Assembly: GCF_964194025.1 (NCBI RefSeq)
Contig: NC_134472.1
Span: 31,310,001-31,374,000 of the forward strand
Direction of reading: 5' to 3'
From: Convolutriloba macropyga
Lineage: Eukaryota
Length of the DNA: 64,000 nt
Part shown: in pieces, positions 23,601 through 34,545 of the stretch
Layout of the letters: the number at the start of each line of letters is the position of its first letter
How positions within the stretch are numbered: the first letter of the stretch is position 1
The notes under the pieces: model-generated
Told to the model about the DNA's origin: nothing
Database searches by the model: none
What the model saw: only the letters and a program-made list of their open reading frames with translations
Translations under genes and position numbers: made by a program

Positions 23601-25305
23601 GGAGGGGACGGCATTGCGTTCTTTTCTATCACTTTGATTTCAGAGGTAGTCTTCATCATTTCATTGAAGTCGGCTTGGAGTGCTTTGAGCTTCTGATCAT
23701 CCAGGGCTTCGTGTTGCCTGCTTGCGTTGGCTGATTCTATCAGTTTGTCACGTTTCTTCAGTATAACACACAGGTTGCAAAGCAGTAGTGCATTTTGTCC
23801 AAGTTCCTTGATACCATCAAGGGCTACTTTGCTGAGTTTGGTGCAGTTCTCATTGATGTGCATCCGACAACCACAAGAAAAACAGTAGAAACCTTGTTCG
23901 TCTGCAGGTATGTCGAATTAACACGTTTTGCAGAAGTTATTGGCTTCTGCTATCGCCTTGAATCTGGTGTGGCGAGCCATTTCACAGATAGCACCAAGTG
24001 AAAGCGTTTCGCCGGCGCCCTTGTAAAGTTGATTATACAATCAGAAACGAGGTCAAAAACGAAAAGCTCACACCCGGTGTGCTACCCTAATAAGAAAAGG
24101 CTATCAGTTACCTCATTTAGCGACTTCCGATTGTTCTGCCTACCGCTGCTGTTTCTTCTTGAGGGCCTGTCTTCGTCGTTTTGACAATCGTTTGGGACGC
24201 TTCTTCTGAATGATTTTCTTGCAATCTGCTCCGTGCTTCAGAACACGTACAGCGTTTTCAATTCGAGGTTGGGTTTCTGGTGAAGCTGATTGTATTCGTT
24301 CACTACGGCTGGGGTCTTGGCGTTCTTTCGAGAAATGATATCGTGAACAATGTTGACTACGGGGGAATTAGGCTCTGACAAAGGGTCCGAGTAAAAATTA
24401 GGGTCCGATTACATGTTCGGGGTGCCTTGCCTTTGACAGTATACGATGGCTTGTATTCGGCTCAGGTGGAATTTGAGATGCTTTACAACCTGTCTACCGC
24501 TCTTGAAGGGCTGGTAGTAGTTGAGTAGTTGTTCCTTTGCCCTCGCTTTGAGAGTCTTCAAGGATCCCAACAATGAACTGGCTCCAACAGTGATCATTTA
24601 TAAAGGAACAACACGGCTGTCCTCACATGAAAAAACAATATTTAATAAGTTGGCAACCTAAACAAAACTAGTGAACATCGCATACCTCTTGCGTATTATA
24701 ATTCCCCTTAAACTAAAAACCTTAGCGTTGGAGAGAAAATGCACAAATCTTATCCTCACAGAGACAAATTTTTAGCACCCAAACCCAAATAGCATGTCTT
24801 CTGATGACAATTACGACGCTATCTGCTAGACGAAATTGATTCCCTGAACTTGAAACAAACACTGTCCTGCACAATTCAAATAAATTAATCTTAGGCACAA
24901 AATCTCGCTTCTATCGACAACTCATCGATAAACAGTCACCTCACAACTGCCTATTCCCTAAATGGCAAAAGGAGCTCCAACCACCACGCATCTCTCTCCA
25001 TAGATTCTAACAACATATTTCAAAACGTTTCCACACTGATTTACAACTAAAATAGGTCGAATCAGTTCAGTCCGTACTGTTACAGCAGCATCTCTCAACT
25101 GCTCAAGCAAGGATATAGATAAATTAAAACAAACAATGTGTTATAAGGCATCGTTTCAATCCCCTGGGTAAGTTTATCTACTTCCCACCAATTAAAAATC
25201 TTCTACATCCCGAACAACTATCTTCTAAGATAAAATTTTCCCAATCAAGCAAATGTTAATTGAGAAATAGCTAACATATCTTTACAAAATCAGGTCTTTT
25301 CCTTA

Positions 25306-25356
<51 letters not shown>

Positions 25357-28300
25357 ACAAGAACTGATAAGTCGGGAGAACTTCGCGCAAAAATACGATC
25401 TCGAAAAAGCGAGGAGCTCAATATATTCTTTGTCAGGGTCTTCGACAAAACAGTCGAAATAGGAAAAGACAAAGTGAACTCTAACACCACTGTTGAGTTA
25501 CATATGTATAATTGAAGGAATTAACTCGTACTTTCTAGCCTGTATATCAAAAAATTATGTAGCCCTTATAACGTCGGTAAATTAATCCTGAAAAAGGCCC
25601 AAATGCTATCTAATTCTATCGTGCTTCTGTTGCAAACAACCATCAACAAGGGATGTTATCCACAACCACAGAAACTTACCGAGTTCACCCCCCGATATTT
25701 AAAGAAAATGACAAACATCACCAAATGTAGTCTCATTAGTCTTCATGTTGTAAAACATTCGAAAAAGTGTAGTTCTATCACCTCTACGCAAACATTGAGG
25801 GGCAACTTAACGACCCCCAATGTGGTTTCCGTCCGAGGAGATCTGCAATGCAGCAGCTTCTGATCAAACTCAATATATCAAGATGGAAAACGTAAAAGTG
25901 TTCTACTTGGATATGAGCAAGGCATTCAACAAAGTGGATCGCCATAAACTTTTGTCAAACACTGAGTCATCTGAGCATTGGTGGTAAACTACTGAGAATC
26001 CTGTGCAACTATCTTTGTTTAAAAAGATCAAGAGTAAAAGTGAGAGATTCCAAATCCAATCTTCTTATAACAAGCGGAGTTTCGCAGTGGTCTATAATCG
26101 GACCTATCATGTTCCCGGTACAAGTGGTTGACTTGTCAGAATCTGTGAAAGATAACCCGTCCTATAGATACGCAGACAATTTCAAAATAATGCTCAAGGA
26201 CACCAGGGAATCAGAAACAGCTTAGCAATATAAACAAATGAAGTCTAGACAGCCTCATGTCCCTTAGCAAAGACAGAAGCAAAATCGTGTGCATCCAAGG
26301 CGATAATCAGGAGAGCAAGAGATACCGCCTTCAATAAGGAGTCATACAAAGTTAAATATCGTCAACTCTCAAAATCTATCCTGGGAAGAAAACTGCACAA
26401 GACGAATCGTCAAAGCGTGGAAATGGCTCAAATTTCAACTGTTTGAGCCAAAACTAAACAACTATGTCTGATACGTAGCACCTCTCCTGACGTATGCTTC
26501 ACAAGCCTGGTACCCAGTCCAAACAAAAGAGCGCTAGAAAGAACGTACAGACGAAAGCGACCCATTGGATCTGTAGCAATCACAAAGAGTACTTTAATTA
26601 ATGGCGCTTACATAACCGAGGACGTCCTCTCTATGCTTCCTAGATATGGAATTCATAAGATCTAGAATTTGCCGTCCCGGAACATTGACTAAAAAACAGA
26701 TGAGCTGTTCTGGACGAGCAGCAAAACTCATCGATATTGTACGGCGACACACTTCTAGAGCACTTGAAAAACAAACGCTTACAAAGATGCAGACCGAACA
26801 CTTCAACAGGAGCTACAGCAAATTGAAGATTTGTGCACCTGGAGGATATTCTTTTTTTTTTGCAACAAGTAAATTAAAATAACAACCATACGGTTATATC
26901 TACGTGAAACAAAAAATACTTCAAATCAATCAAACAAAATAAAGTAATAACATCAGCAAATTTATTAAAGAATCACATAAAATTTTCTTCCGATTGTTTT
27001 CTTCCTAAAAATAAAAACAACTTTTAAAAGCTCCTACGTTACTATTCAAAGGAATGTTTTCATATTGTGAGAGCAAGAAATCATTCAACGTTTTCTTAAA
27101 AAAGATTCCATTTTTTGCCAACCTAAGCCACTGTGGCAACTTATTTCATTTTTGTACGCATTGAGGAACGATCGAATTCATTCCAAAGCTGGTTTTGGCA
27201 TTCTGTCTAATTTTGAATTGTTTTATTCAAGTATTTTGATGAAGACTCAGATACCCAAGAAAATTTTCAGAATTTTCTGGCCTGGCAATGTCATAATGAA
27301 ATTTGATTAGCGACATTTTTGCTATTATTAGCTCAGCTGGTAGGGTCTTTGTAAGGATTAGCAGATCTCTCGCTTTGACAAACTTTTTGCGTAGAAAGCA
27401 CACCTTTATACCCCAGTTAATCTGTCGGTTAAGGCGTTTTAGGTTCTTTGCAGATAAATTTTGAAAAAAGATTGCCGAAAATGATAAGTGTGAAAGCACA
27501 AGTGATTTTAGAAGAAGAGAACGAGCGTTCAGGGGAATTTGATGTCTTATTAAGTAAATTGATCTTATAGTATGAGCCATCTTTTTTCAGGTTTTATTCA
27601 GCTGCTCATCGAAAATAAGATTCCTGTCAAATTGAATACCAAGATATCTGCAACTTTTTTTGTTGTGAGAACTTCGTTCTTGTATAAAATAGATCCGAAA
27701 TCAGAATTATCGCGCGAGAAAAATATTACTTTGGTTTTGTTTGTATTCAAAGTCAGTTTGTTCATCTCTACATATTCTTCTGTTTTTTGTAAGATTTCTG
27801 ACTTTTCCATGTAAGCTACTTTTCTGTCCACAACAGAGAATACTTGTGTCATCTGCGAATTTAATTACTTTTTCTGTTGTGTTTTTTTTAGATGAGAAAT
27901 CGTTCACACATATAAGAAAAATGAGTGGTCCTAAAACAATTCCTTGTGGCACACCGTAATTCACAATTTCACAATCGGAGAACATGCCATTAAGTTTTAC
28001 CTTTTGTCTGCGGTTGGCAAGAAATGAAAACAGTAATTCTTTTGCTTCCTGGGAAAACCTTACATCTCAATTTTTTAAGGAAAATACGCGAAATGGAATT
28101 AAACGCTTTTGAAAGTTCTAGAAAAGTAGCAACAGTTTCTTTGCTTTGATCTAAATTAGAAGAAACTTTCAACCAGTTCTAAAACTGCATCTGTTCCTGA
28201 CATTTTTTCTGAAATCCAAATTGCTCTTTATTAATTGAGCCCTCATGCTGTTCTTGTGGCTCATGCAATCCGCTCAAACTGATGGCTCAATTTCATCCGT

Positions 28301-31300
28301 TGATAAATTTTCTAATGACTTCCCTGCTACTACTACTACTACTACTAATATTTTGGCACCAGAAAATAAAATGTGTCCTGCCTTTTGTGGATGTTAAGAA
28401 GTGATATTGCAATTGTTTCAAAGGGTCATTAACTAAAGTCAATAGTATCCCTCATTTCAGAAGGCAAAACGCCAAAGCTGTAACTTCCTGGGTGACATAA
28501 TGGGTAAGAATGACATTTTTTGCACTGAAGTAAGCATAACCCACAAAGATAGGTCCAACTATTCCCAAACGACAGACGAATAACTTTCAGACAAGCGAAT
28601 AATTTTCAGACAAGCGAATAACTTTCAGACAAGCGAATAACTTTCAGACAAGCGATTAACTTTCAGACAAGCGAATAACTTTCAGACAAGCGAATAACTT
28701 TCAGAAAAGCAAATAACTTTCAGACAAGCGAATAACTTTCAGACAAGCGAAAAACTTTCAGACAAGCGAATAACTTTCAGACAAGCGAATAACTTTCAGA
28801 CAAGCGAATAACTTTCAAATAATACAGTTGACCTTTCTTCTTTTGAAACATTGATTTTGCACTTACGCAAACACAGCAAAAATAAACTTGACCGTTTTCA
28901 TTCAAAAATAGAAATTGCAACGTCTATGACAAACTCTAATAATATTCAACTAAAAAGTCAGGAGCAGTTCAATCTAAATGAGCAAACTGATCCTTCATTA
29001 CTATCCCTAACTGAATGGGTTCAACTTAAAAAGGAAACTTCCTACAAATTATATTTTGATTTACATCAAAGATTACAAAAAAAGGAAAAATTTATTGAAA
29101 ATGTGCTCGTTACTTATCAGCGACAACTGCAGGACAAAACATTGGAACAGTCATCTACTGAAGGGGAGGGTACAACCAACCATGAATCAAAATCTCGAAA
29201 AAACCAGGTTTTTTCAGAGAAGGTCAGAGATTTTGATTTAATCCCCCTCAAACAAGAACAATCAAATTTGGTTCTGGGTAGCAGCACCATTGGTAAACTA
29301 GAAAGTGATGCAACAATACCACTGGACACAGCTATCCATGCCTACCGTGGGTCAACCACCAAAGAGAAAATAAAAGTTGTGGAAAAATGTGAATGCAAAA
29401 ACTAAAATTTTAATTCTTCAAGACGGAACAAATACTGTTTCAAAATTACAAAAAGCTGCAATGAGATTTTAGATAACATGTTCAGCCTTATTGAAGCCTA
29501 TAAAATAAGTTCCAGCCTGATGTGTTTGTAGTCATGGAGTTAATACCGTTCAAAGAAACCGACTACAATAGATCAAAAAACAAATTAATTGACGAAGTTA
29601 ATGCTGCACTTAAAGATTGAAATCTCTTGGAGAAAATTTTGTTTTGCTCACGATGAATGAATTAATACGCTCAATTCCCTCATACAACCCAAAGATCAAC
29701 CATAATCATGACAACGTACATTTGAATTACAATCATGACATCCTTTCCTTAAAAATCATCTAATGTTTCTACTTCAAACATCTACTGGCATTTGTGATAC
29801 TAATAAATTCAACGACCGGAGCTTTAAAATAATAGATTTCAAAAATTCCAAGAGCAGCACTGGCCTAATAAAAGTGCAAACCCTAATTTCAACTTGAATA
29901 ATCATTACCGTTACCAACCATATTAGTAATGATAAATTTATAAAATACCGAATCAATTGTAATTTTCTATTGTACTGAATGAATTGGGTCTCAACTGTTT
30001 GATAAGCTTAATATTTTTTAACAAGATATGTTATACAATTATAGGAATAATTAGTTCTCAAGTGACTTCCTCTTTTCCCACGTTAATTAACTCAATAGCA
30101 ATTCCTACTCGAATTTGGTCGGAGACCAAGTCCAGGAGCAAGAAGCAAGCTTTAATATCACTAGGACTTTCTTCTGTCTTAATTAACTTATTTTTTTGGT
30201 TATACATTAATAGTATCTGGCTATTAGTTTTGACGTCCGGAGATAATGAAACCAACCATCGGCCAATTAAATCGATGAAAGACATATTCCTTGATTGCAG
30301 AACTTATTCAGACAATTTCAAATTTCTTTACTTTATTGTACGGAGCATAACAAGAAAACAACTTCAGTTAAAAAGCCTAATGAATGATGTTGGCGCTAAC
30401 TGCATCTATGGTCTATCTGAAACATGGCTAGATACAAAGATTGACACTGATTTGGTGAACCCGAACAAAACAAACGTCTTGTTTTTCGCAATGATCAGGT
30501 GAGTTCAAAAGGGGAAGGTGTACTGTTAATTGTTCCTAGGAAACTTAACCCAAAACTAAGCGTTGATCTAGCTTTCGAAAATTTTTTTTTTGATATTCTG
30601 TGGGTCGAAATAAATTGCCCTAAGAATTAAAAAAACTTACCTAATAAACATTTCTAACCCAAAAAAGCTTCTTTACGAAGAATTTCTCGAGCAGTCTGCT
30701 AGATCAATTGATAGAGCAATTACTGAGAACAAAACAATAATTATAATGGGAGACTATAACATCAATTATTTGGAGAACAAAGAAAAGCAGAATTTAGAAA
30801 CAATCATTCAGCCGTATGATCTAAATGTGACTAACAAACATCAAGCAACTAGAATTAAGGATGAATCGATCTCACTTATAGATTACATTATTATTGATGG
30901 AAACGAACCCCTTCTTTATAGTGAAATTTTTGACTCACCAATACAAACAGATCATTTTGCTCAATTGATTATTCTTGCCACAAAACTTAGCAAGAACAAA
31001 GTAATTAAAAAACAAATTTATGACAAAACGAATTACATCCCAAAAGATTTTAAACATTCTATTAAGCAATTAAACAGGGAAACATTTTACTGCTCTACAG
31101 TTCCAAGTGATAGGCTACGCACATTTGAGCGAAAACTTGAACAGCAAATACTCCTTCATGCGTCAATCAAAACAATTTTTATAAGAAACAACAAATCAGT
31201 TTTCCCTTGCCAAACGGTTCATTTTAAAAAACACACGTAACAAAAATCTGCTTAGAGAGCAATAACTCAAGTCAGAATCTTTCCACGAGTTTTCCAAATT

Positions 31301-33903
31301 GAAAGCCAAAGTGTGCGCCAGCTATAAAAAAGATTTTGAGAAATTTCATAATCAGTTAATTGAAAGCTCAACATCAGAGCGAAATGGAATTTGATCAACG
31401 AAGTAAGCAACTCCGTGAAAACGAGAACTACGGCATACTCTTTAAAAAAATCTTTCAATGAAATTATTACAGAAAACACTAAAATAGCCAACTTACTTAA
31501 TTTAAAATTCAGTAAATTAGGATAATTTTTTGAAAGTAGGAACTATACTGTAGACCTGCCTATGGTGAGGCAAAAAAACACCTTTTCTTTTAGATTTGTT
31601 ACAAAGTTTGAATGTCTTAAAACGCTTCCTGCTATTGGAAAATTCAACCATTGGGTCCTTCTACCATTCCCTCATGGGCATTGCGAGACGGAGCTAGTGA
31701 ACTAGCTGAGCTCACTTGTTTTCTATTGAATGAACTTATAAAAACAGAAACATTCCCTGCTGAACCCAAAAGAGCCGACATCACTCCACTTTTTATAAAG
31801 GAGACCTTGATGATCCGTTAAACTATCGACCAATTTTGTTAACACCAGCATTAGCAAAAGCTTCTGAATCTCGCATTAAAAAACAAATTGATGAATATGT
31901 TCATAAGAATGCCCTGCTTTCTAAAACACAGTTTGGTTTCAGAAAAAAATTTCTACAACAGATGCGCTCGTTTATTTAACTGAAAAATTACGATGCAACA
32001 AAAACGAGAAAAAAAAATACTGCAGCAGCCTTTTTCGACCTATCAAAAGCTTTTGACTCCATTAATCACGAGCTCATGATTCAAAAGCTTTCCATTACTG
32101 GACTTTTGATACCAGCTCAAAATCTAATTACGAGCTATCTTTCAAACAGAACACAAAGAGTCATAATCAATAATTTTAAACCAGGGTTGATTGAAGTGGC
32201 TCAAGGAGATCCGCAAGGACCAGTTTTAGGTCCTCTCTTGTTCAATCTATATGTTAACGATCTTAGCAACTTTTTGTCATGTGAAACAATACAATACGCA
32301 GATGACACAGTCCTATTAAGCTCTCATGGTGAAGTTCTCAAATGCAAAGACGAGCTTCAGAAGGCCATAGAAAAATTCATACAATTGTTTAAATTACATC
32401 ACCCCAATCCGGATAAAACAGAGTTTATTATTTTTGGTAGCTCTAATCCTCAAGACGAAACGACATTAAAAGTTGGAGACAAATTAATAAGTTCGAAAGC
32501 GGAAATCAAATATCTCGGTGTTTATTTTGACAAAGACCTCAAAAATCAAAAACAAGTAAAAATTCTCAATGTCAAAAATGGCCCAGGGCATTAAATGCAT
32601 ATATGCAATCAGGAACGTAATTCGCAATGCATACAAAAAAAACTATTTTGAACTCTTTTGTTCTCAGTCATGTTTAATATTCTTCTGTATTACTTGCAAC
32701 TATCAATCAAAATCTCATAACAACACTGGAAAAGCAGTTGAATTGGGTCATCAATGCTTGTTTTCACAGACAAAAGTTTGACTCATCCTCAGCTCTTAAA
32801 GTGAACCTTGGTATACTACGTATTTCGCTGATTTTTTTTATTACAGGGCTGCCACTTACTGTCATAGCATCATGAATAAAAGGAAGCCTGCCTTCTCAAG
32901 CTCAGCTTCGAAATTACCAACAGCAAGTTTTTATATACACGAACGAACTCAAAAAATTTTTACCCAGACTATTTCAAAATGCAATTTGCATGAAAAAAGT
33001 ATTATTAAGAAGTATTCTGCAGCACAATTCTTTCCCAAGAAATTATTTGCCAGTCATACAGTCTTGCAAAGAAGAAATATAAGAAGTTTTTTCTTAATGA
33101 ATACAAGAAGGACCCGAAGAAAACCCAACATGGTTCAATTACTTGGAAACATTTTAAGTTCAATTAAATTTCTTTCCGTTTTGTATTGAATTTATGTTAC
33201 TGTAGTCCCTCCCCGCCAATACACGTGACATCTCTATTCGGCCGATATTTTAGTTATTATAAATTATTAGTTTTCTCTGTTGCAATTATCAATATTCTAC
33301 ACTGCCTATCTCTGTAAATTTTACTATGACTGAAACATTTACAGATATTAGGAGAAATACATCACTGCTCTTTTTTTTACGAAGGTCAAACATGATCCAA
33401 CCCAAATAATTGCTACAAACTTTGACCGAGGCAATTAAAGCAAGTTTGCAATAAAAGACATTTTTAAAGCACATTTTAACAGAAAACTTTGAGTGAAGCA
33501 ACAATCTAACCCCCCAGTTTAATGCTTCTATACTGGTTACAATGGTGACGATAACCCGTTTCACAATAACGAAGGACTAAATAGCGCTCGTAAGCAAGAC
33601 CTGATTGCCTCACTCAGCAGCACTTATTTAGAGAGCATATTCATAGATCAACGTTGACAAAAAGAAAACTATGCTTTGCTAAACAGAACCTGAGCGACAC
33701 CGTTAAACTCATTCTCTGCTGACCTGCGAGATAAACTTAATCTCTGCGTCTATTTTTCTGCTTAGCTTCTGGCATCCCTCCAGTGCCTGTCCATACGTGT
33801 CGGTTAACAGTTCCACGTCAGCTTTCAGATTTTTGGCTTCCTGAATGAGAGCTTGGGCTGCTTCGATTAACTCTTCATTTCCATTTGAACTACTAGTCGA
33901 CAT
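8445..33903 (-). CDS. C7orf25: UPF0415 protein C7orf25 homolog (DUF1308), spliced gene, 8 coding exons, 444 aa
   Basis: Exons 33903-33724, 20476-20318, 20124-20028, 19446-19268, 18046-17767, 15857-15673, 8989-8909, 8618-8445 join in frame (1335 nt) via GT-AG introns. Peptides LEGCQKLSRKIDAEIKF, VIDVVANEGFLWVKV, VNLDVSTILAL, LVGGPKEKKR, IFGTG..KAVTVTSN and ARALTEQKEA match, in order, my recollection of human C7orf25 (IEGGAKLCSKLKAELKF, VVDVVANGGHTWVKA, VNLDITTLITY, LGGPGERER, IFGTGDTLKAITMTAN, PRALTESKEA). Confidence 0.93.
8909..8989 (-). CDS. C7orf25: C7orf25 homolog coding exon 7
   Basis: Acceptor tttctttcag|, VIFGTGFEMKAVTVTSNLSCIRSMRQM, donor |gtaaga; 81 nt. Confidence 0.93.
9249..12565. 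repeat. tandem triplication, period 1108 bp (MITE segment + HINE segment)
   Basis: Palindrome starts at 9634, 10742 and 11850, exactly 1108 apart. Confidence 0.95.
9624..12914 (-). mobile_element. HINE type B (last copy 11840-12914 is complete, ~1.07 kb)
   Basis: Left ccggcaggttgccgg-aaaatagccgcc; right aatagccggctgagaagatgagtgcggctattaa; A-rich insertion site, no TSD seen. Confidence 0.82.
13227..14993 (-). mobile_element. HINE type A with internal degenerate ~165-175-bp tandem repeats and a G-rich tract
   Basis: Left aaaacataa-ccgactaacgtcgg-gcgaattgctctcaaacga; right aattgccacaaacttcgtttgagagtaattaa; repeated gctatgcagtaac...tcaaacc at about 13825, 13988, 14163, 14288 and 14456. Confidence 0.8.
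15003..15164. mobile_element. Merlin-like MITE
   Basis: Imperfect TIRs ggatctattccgtttc / gaaaccttatagaccc; 8-bp flanks tactattt / ttctattt (7 of 8 match); internal similarity to 34030-34194. Confidence 0.6.
15243..15662 (-). mobile_element. HINE type A, left-truncated
   Basis: Shares cttcacaccat core, G-rich tract and right end aaacttcgcctgagagcaatttaa with 13227-14993 and 18291-18946. Confidence 0.7.
15673..15857 (-). CDS. C7orf25: C7orf25 homolog coding exon 6
   Basis: Acceptor atgtttag|, KRLVCCETAYSSYSEILCLVGGPKEKKRSERLF...KERSK, donor |gtcagt; 185 nt; frame not in the ORF track. Confidence 0.92.
16220..17049 (-). mobile_element. old HINE type A remnant
   Basis: cttcacaccatgaattt...ggtgaatcacatacttagaga core at ~16285 and right end ttcgaaagcaattaa at ~17049; left boundary uncertain. 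Confidence 0.5.
17228..17638 (-). mobile_element. HINE type A containing a tRNA-like segment
   Basis: Left aaaacaaa-ccgacaaatgttgg-aagaattgctct; right aattgctatgaacttcgttcaagagcaattaa. Confidence 0.75.
17334..17408 (-). pseudogene. tRNA-derived sequence / SINE-like head with Pol III A and B boxes
   Basis: Minus strand tagagcagtggg (A box) ... ggttcgaatgcc (B box) at tRNA-like spacing, followed by a T-run; acceptor and anticodon stems are poor. Confidence 0.55.
17767..18046 (-). CDS. C7orf25: C7orf25 homolog coding exon 5
   Basis: Acceptor ttgttctag|, DEQDETVTF...TVNLDVSTILALCSNITHG...LESFIK, donor G|gtaaga; 280 nt. Confidence 0.9.
18291..18946 (-). mobile_element. HINE type A
   Basis: Left aacataa-ccaactaacgtcgg-gagaattgctctcaaac; G-rich interior; right aaagttcgcttgagatcaattaa. 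Confidence 0.78.
19268..19446 (-). CDS. C7orf25: C7orf25 homolog coding exon 4
   Basis: Acceptor caactttag|, CEMSHRSLEEQLEELL...PTVACFFSNGV...VFGYIK, donor |gtgcga; 179 nt. Confidence 0.9.
20028..20124 (-). CDS. C7orf25: C7orf25 homolog coding exon 3
   Basis: Acceptor gctgtag|, IPTVIDVVANEGFLWVKVVARNAEGLWNNWTG, donor |gttagt; 97 nt; not in the ORF track. Confidence 0.92.
20318..20476 (-). CDS. C7orf25: C7orf25 homolog coding exon 2
   Basis: Acceptor ttattttag|, KLAAGKLKDSYVSCSNMPYLRSV...DGDAL, donor |gtgagg; 159 nt. Confidence 0.88.
21400..22550 (+). mobile_element. heavily decayed CR1-like LINE 5' part (ORF1 and start of AP endonuclease)
   Basis: SFNVRS (~22243) and YNILCLNQTML (DILCLTETWL-like) motifs; upstream ORF1-like remnants; many stops. 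Confidence 0.45.
22555..24080 (-). mobile_element. internally deleted CR1-like LINE (PHD-type ORF1 joined to RT and 3' end)
   Basis: ORF1 C..HINENC..LLCNLC (23429-23863); RT LYLGFEKAFDKV and YGYADGCKV; C-terminal CLCNEC motif; endonuclease missing. Confidence 0.8.
25308..25353. repeat. (TA)n microsatellite, ~23 units
   Basis: Pure TA run. Confidence 0.98.
25500..26950 (+). mobile_element. decayed CR1-like LINE RT fragment
   Basis: GFRPRRSAMQQL, FYLDMSKAFNKV, SGVSQWSIIGP and YRYADNFKI across frameshifts. Confidence 0.8.
26950..28230 (-). mobile_element. L2/CR1-group LINE RT and C-terminal fragment
   Basis: FLELSKAFNSI, GVPQGIVLGPLIF, KFADDTSI and LTLNTNKTKVIFF; resembles the 28450-33290 element. 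Confidence 0.88.
28235..28350 (+). mobile_element. extremely 5'-truncated CR1-like 3' end with (TAC)n tail
   Basis: CSCGSCNP (CxCxxC terminal motif seen in the other CR1-like copies), short UTR, ctactactac...taata tail like those at 53221 and 59000. Confidence 0.5.
28450..33290 (+). mobile_element. near full-length decayed L2/CR1-group LINE (ORF1 coiled-coil + SGNH esterase; ORF2 APE + RT)
   Basis: ORF1 LVLGSS, HAYRG, LQDGTN, DNVH (SGNH blocks); APE GLSETWL, MGDYN, LIDYI, TDH; RT NYRPI, QFGFR, FDLSKAFDSINH, PQGPVLGPLLF, QYADDT; multiple frameshifts; boundaries approximate. Confidence 0.92.
28578..28818. repeat. 19-bp minisatellite (GAATAACTTTCAGACAAGC) x~12.6
   Basis: Exact 19-bp period from 28578 to 28806 with few substitutions and no spacers. 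Confidence 0.97.
33724..33903 (-). CDS. C7orf25: C7orf25 homolog coding exon 1
   Basis: ATG at 33903; MSTSSSNGNEELIEAAQALIQ...LEGCQKLSRKIDAEIKFISQ; donor CAG|gtcagc, phase 0, 180 nt. Confidence 0.88.
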
Positions 33904-34029
33904 TCTTGGACTTGACAAACTTCAAATGAGTACGGGGTGACATAGACGTCTAAAAGAACGTTTGGATCCGACGTTTCTGCTCTGGTTTGTTGAGACCCCA
34001 TTTCAAATGATTCAATTATTTCAATTAAT

Positions 34030-34194
34030 AGATCTTTTCCGTTTGTGCCCCCCCCCCCCCCCAGTACGTTATGCAACACCCAATTACAGAGCACCTGCTA
34101 TTACATAGTAAATCATTATTTAAAAAAATGGCACGTGCGTCTGGGGGGTGCAAATAATATGCACCCACTAAGCGATCACAAACCGAAAAGATCC
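34030..34194. mobile_element. Merlin-like MITE
   Basis: TIRs agatcttttccgtttgtg / cacaaaccgaaaagatcc; flanks caattaat / caattatc. Confidence 0.65.
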
Positions 34195-34328
34195 CAATTA
34201 TCAATATGTAAAGTTTTAACCCACAATATTATGAGCATATAACTCGTTATTAAGTATGGAATAATTTTCTCTGAACAAATAACCAGCTGCCTAAAGAAAA
34301 CACGGAAGAAAATTTACTCTTATTTTTG

Positions 34329-34398
34329 AGTTTTTCCGTTGGTGACCCCTTCCAACTTAGTGGGTGCATATTATTCGATCCCCCAAGCTCACGTGCCT
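34329..34398. mobile_element. partial inverted copy of the same MITE
   Basis: cttagtgggtgcatattatt...cacgtgcc is the near reverse complement of 34130-34172. Confidence 0.6.
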
Positions 34399-34454
34399 TA
34401 CATTTTATCGATTTACTGTGTAAGGACCATATGTCCATTTTTTATACAATATTT

Positions 34455-34545
34455 GGATCTTTTCCGTTTGTGCCCCCCCCCCCCAAGCTTAGTGGGCGCA
34501 TATCATTTATACTGGGGGGGGGGGGGGGCACAAACGGAAAAATCC
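34455..34545. mobile_element. 91-bp Merlin-like MITE with perfect 8-bp TSD
   Basis: TSD caatattt at 34447-34454 and 34546-34553; TIRs ggatcttttccgtttgtgccccc / gggggcacaaacggaaaaatcc; homologous empty site with one caatattt at ~52652. Confidence 0.85.

Noticed and set aside
28578-28818. CRISPR array
   Set aside because: Contiguous 19-bp units with no unique spacers, no cas genes, eukaryotic context.
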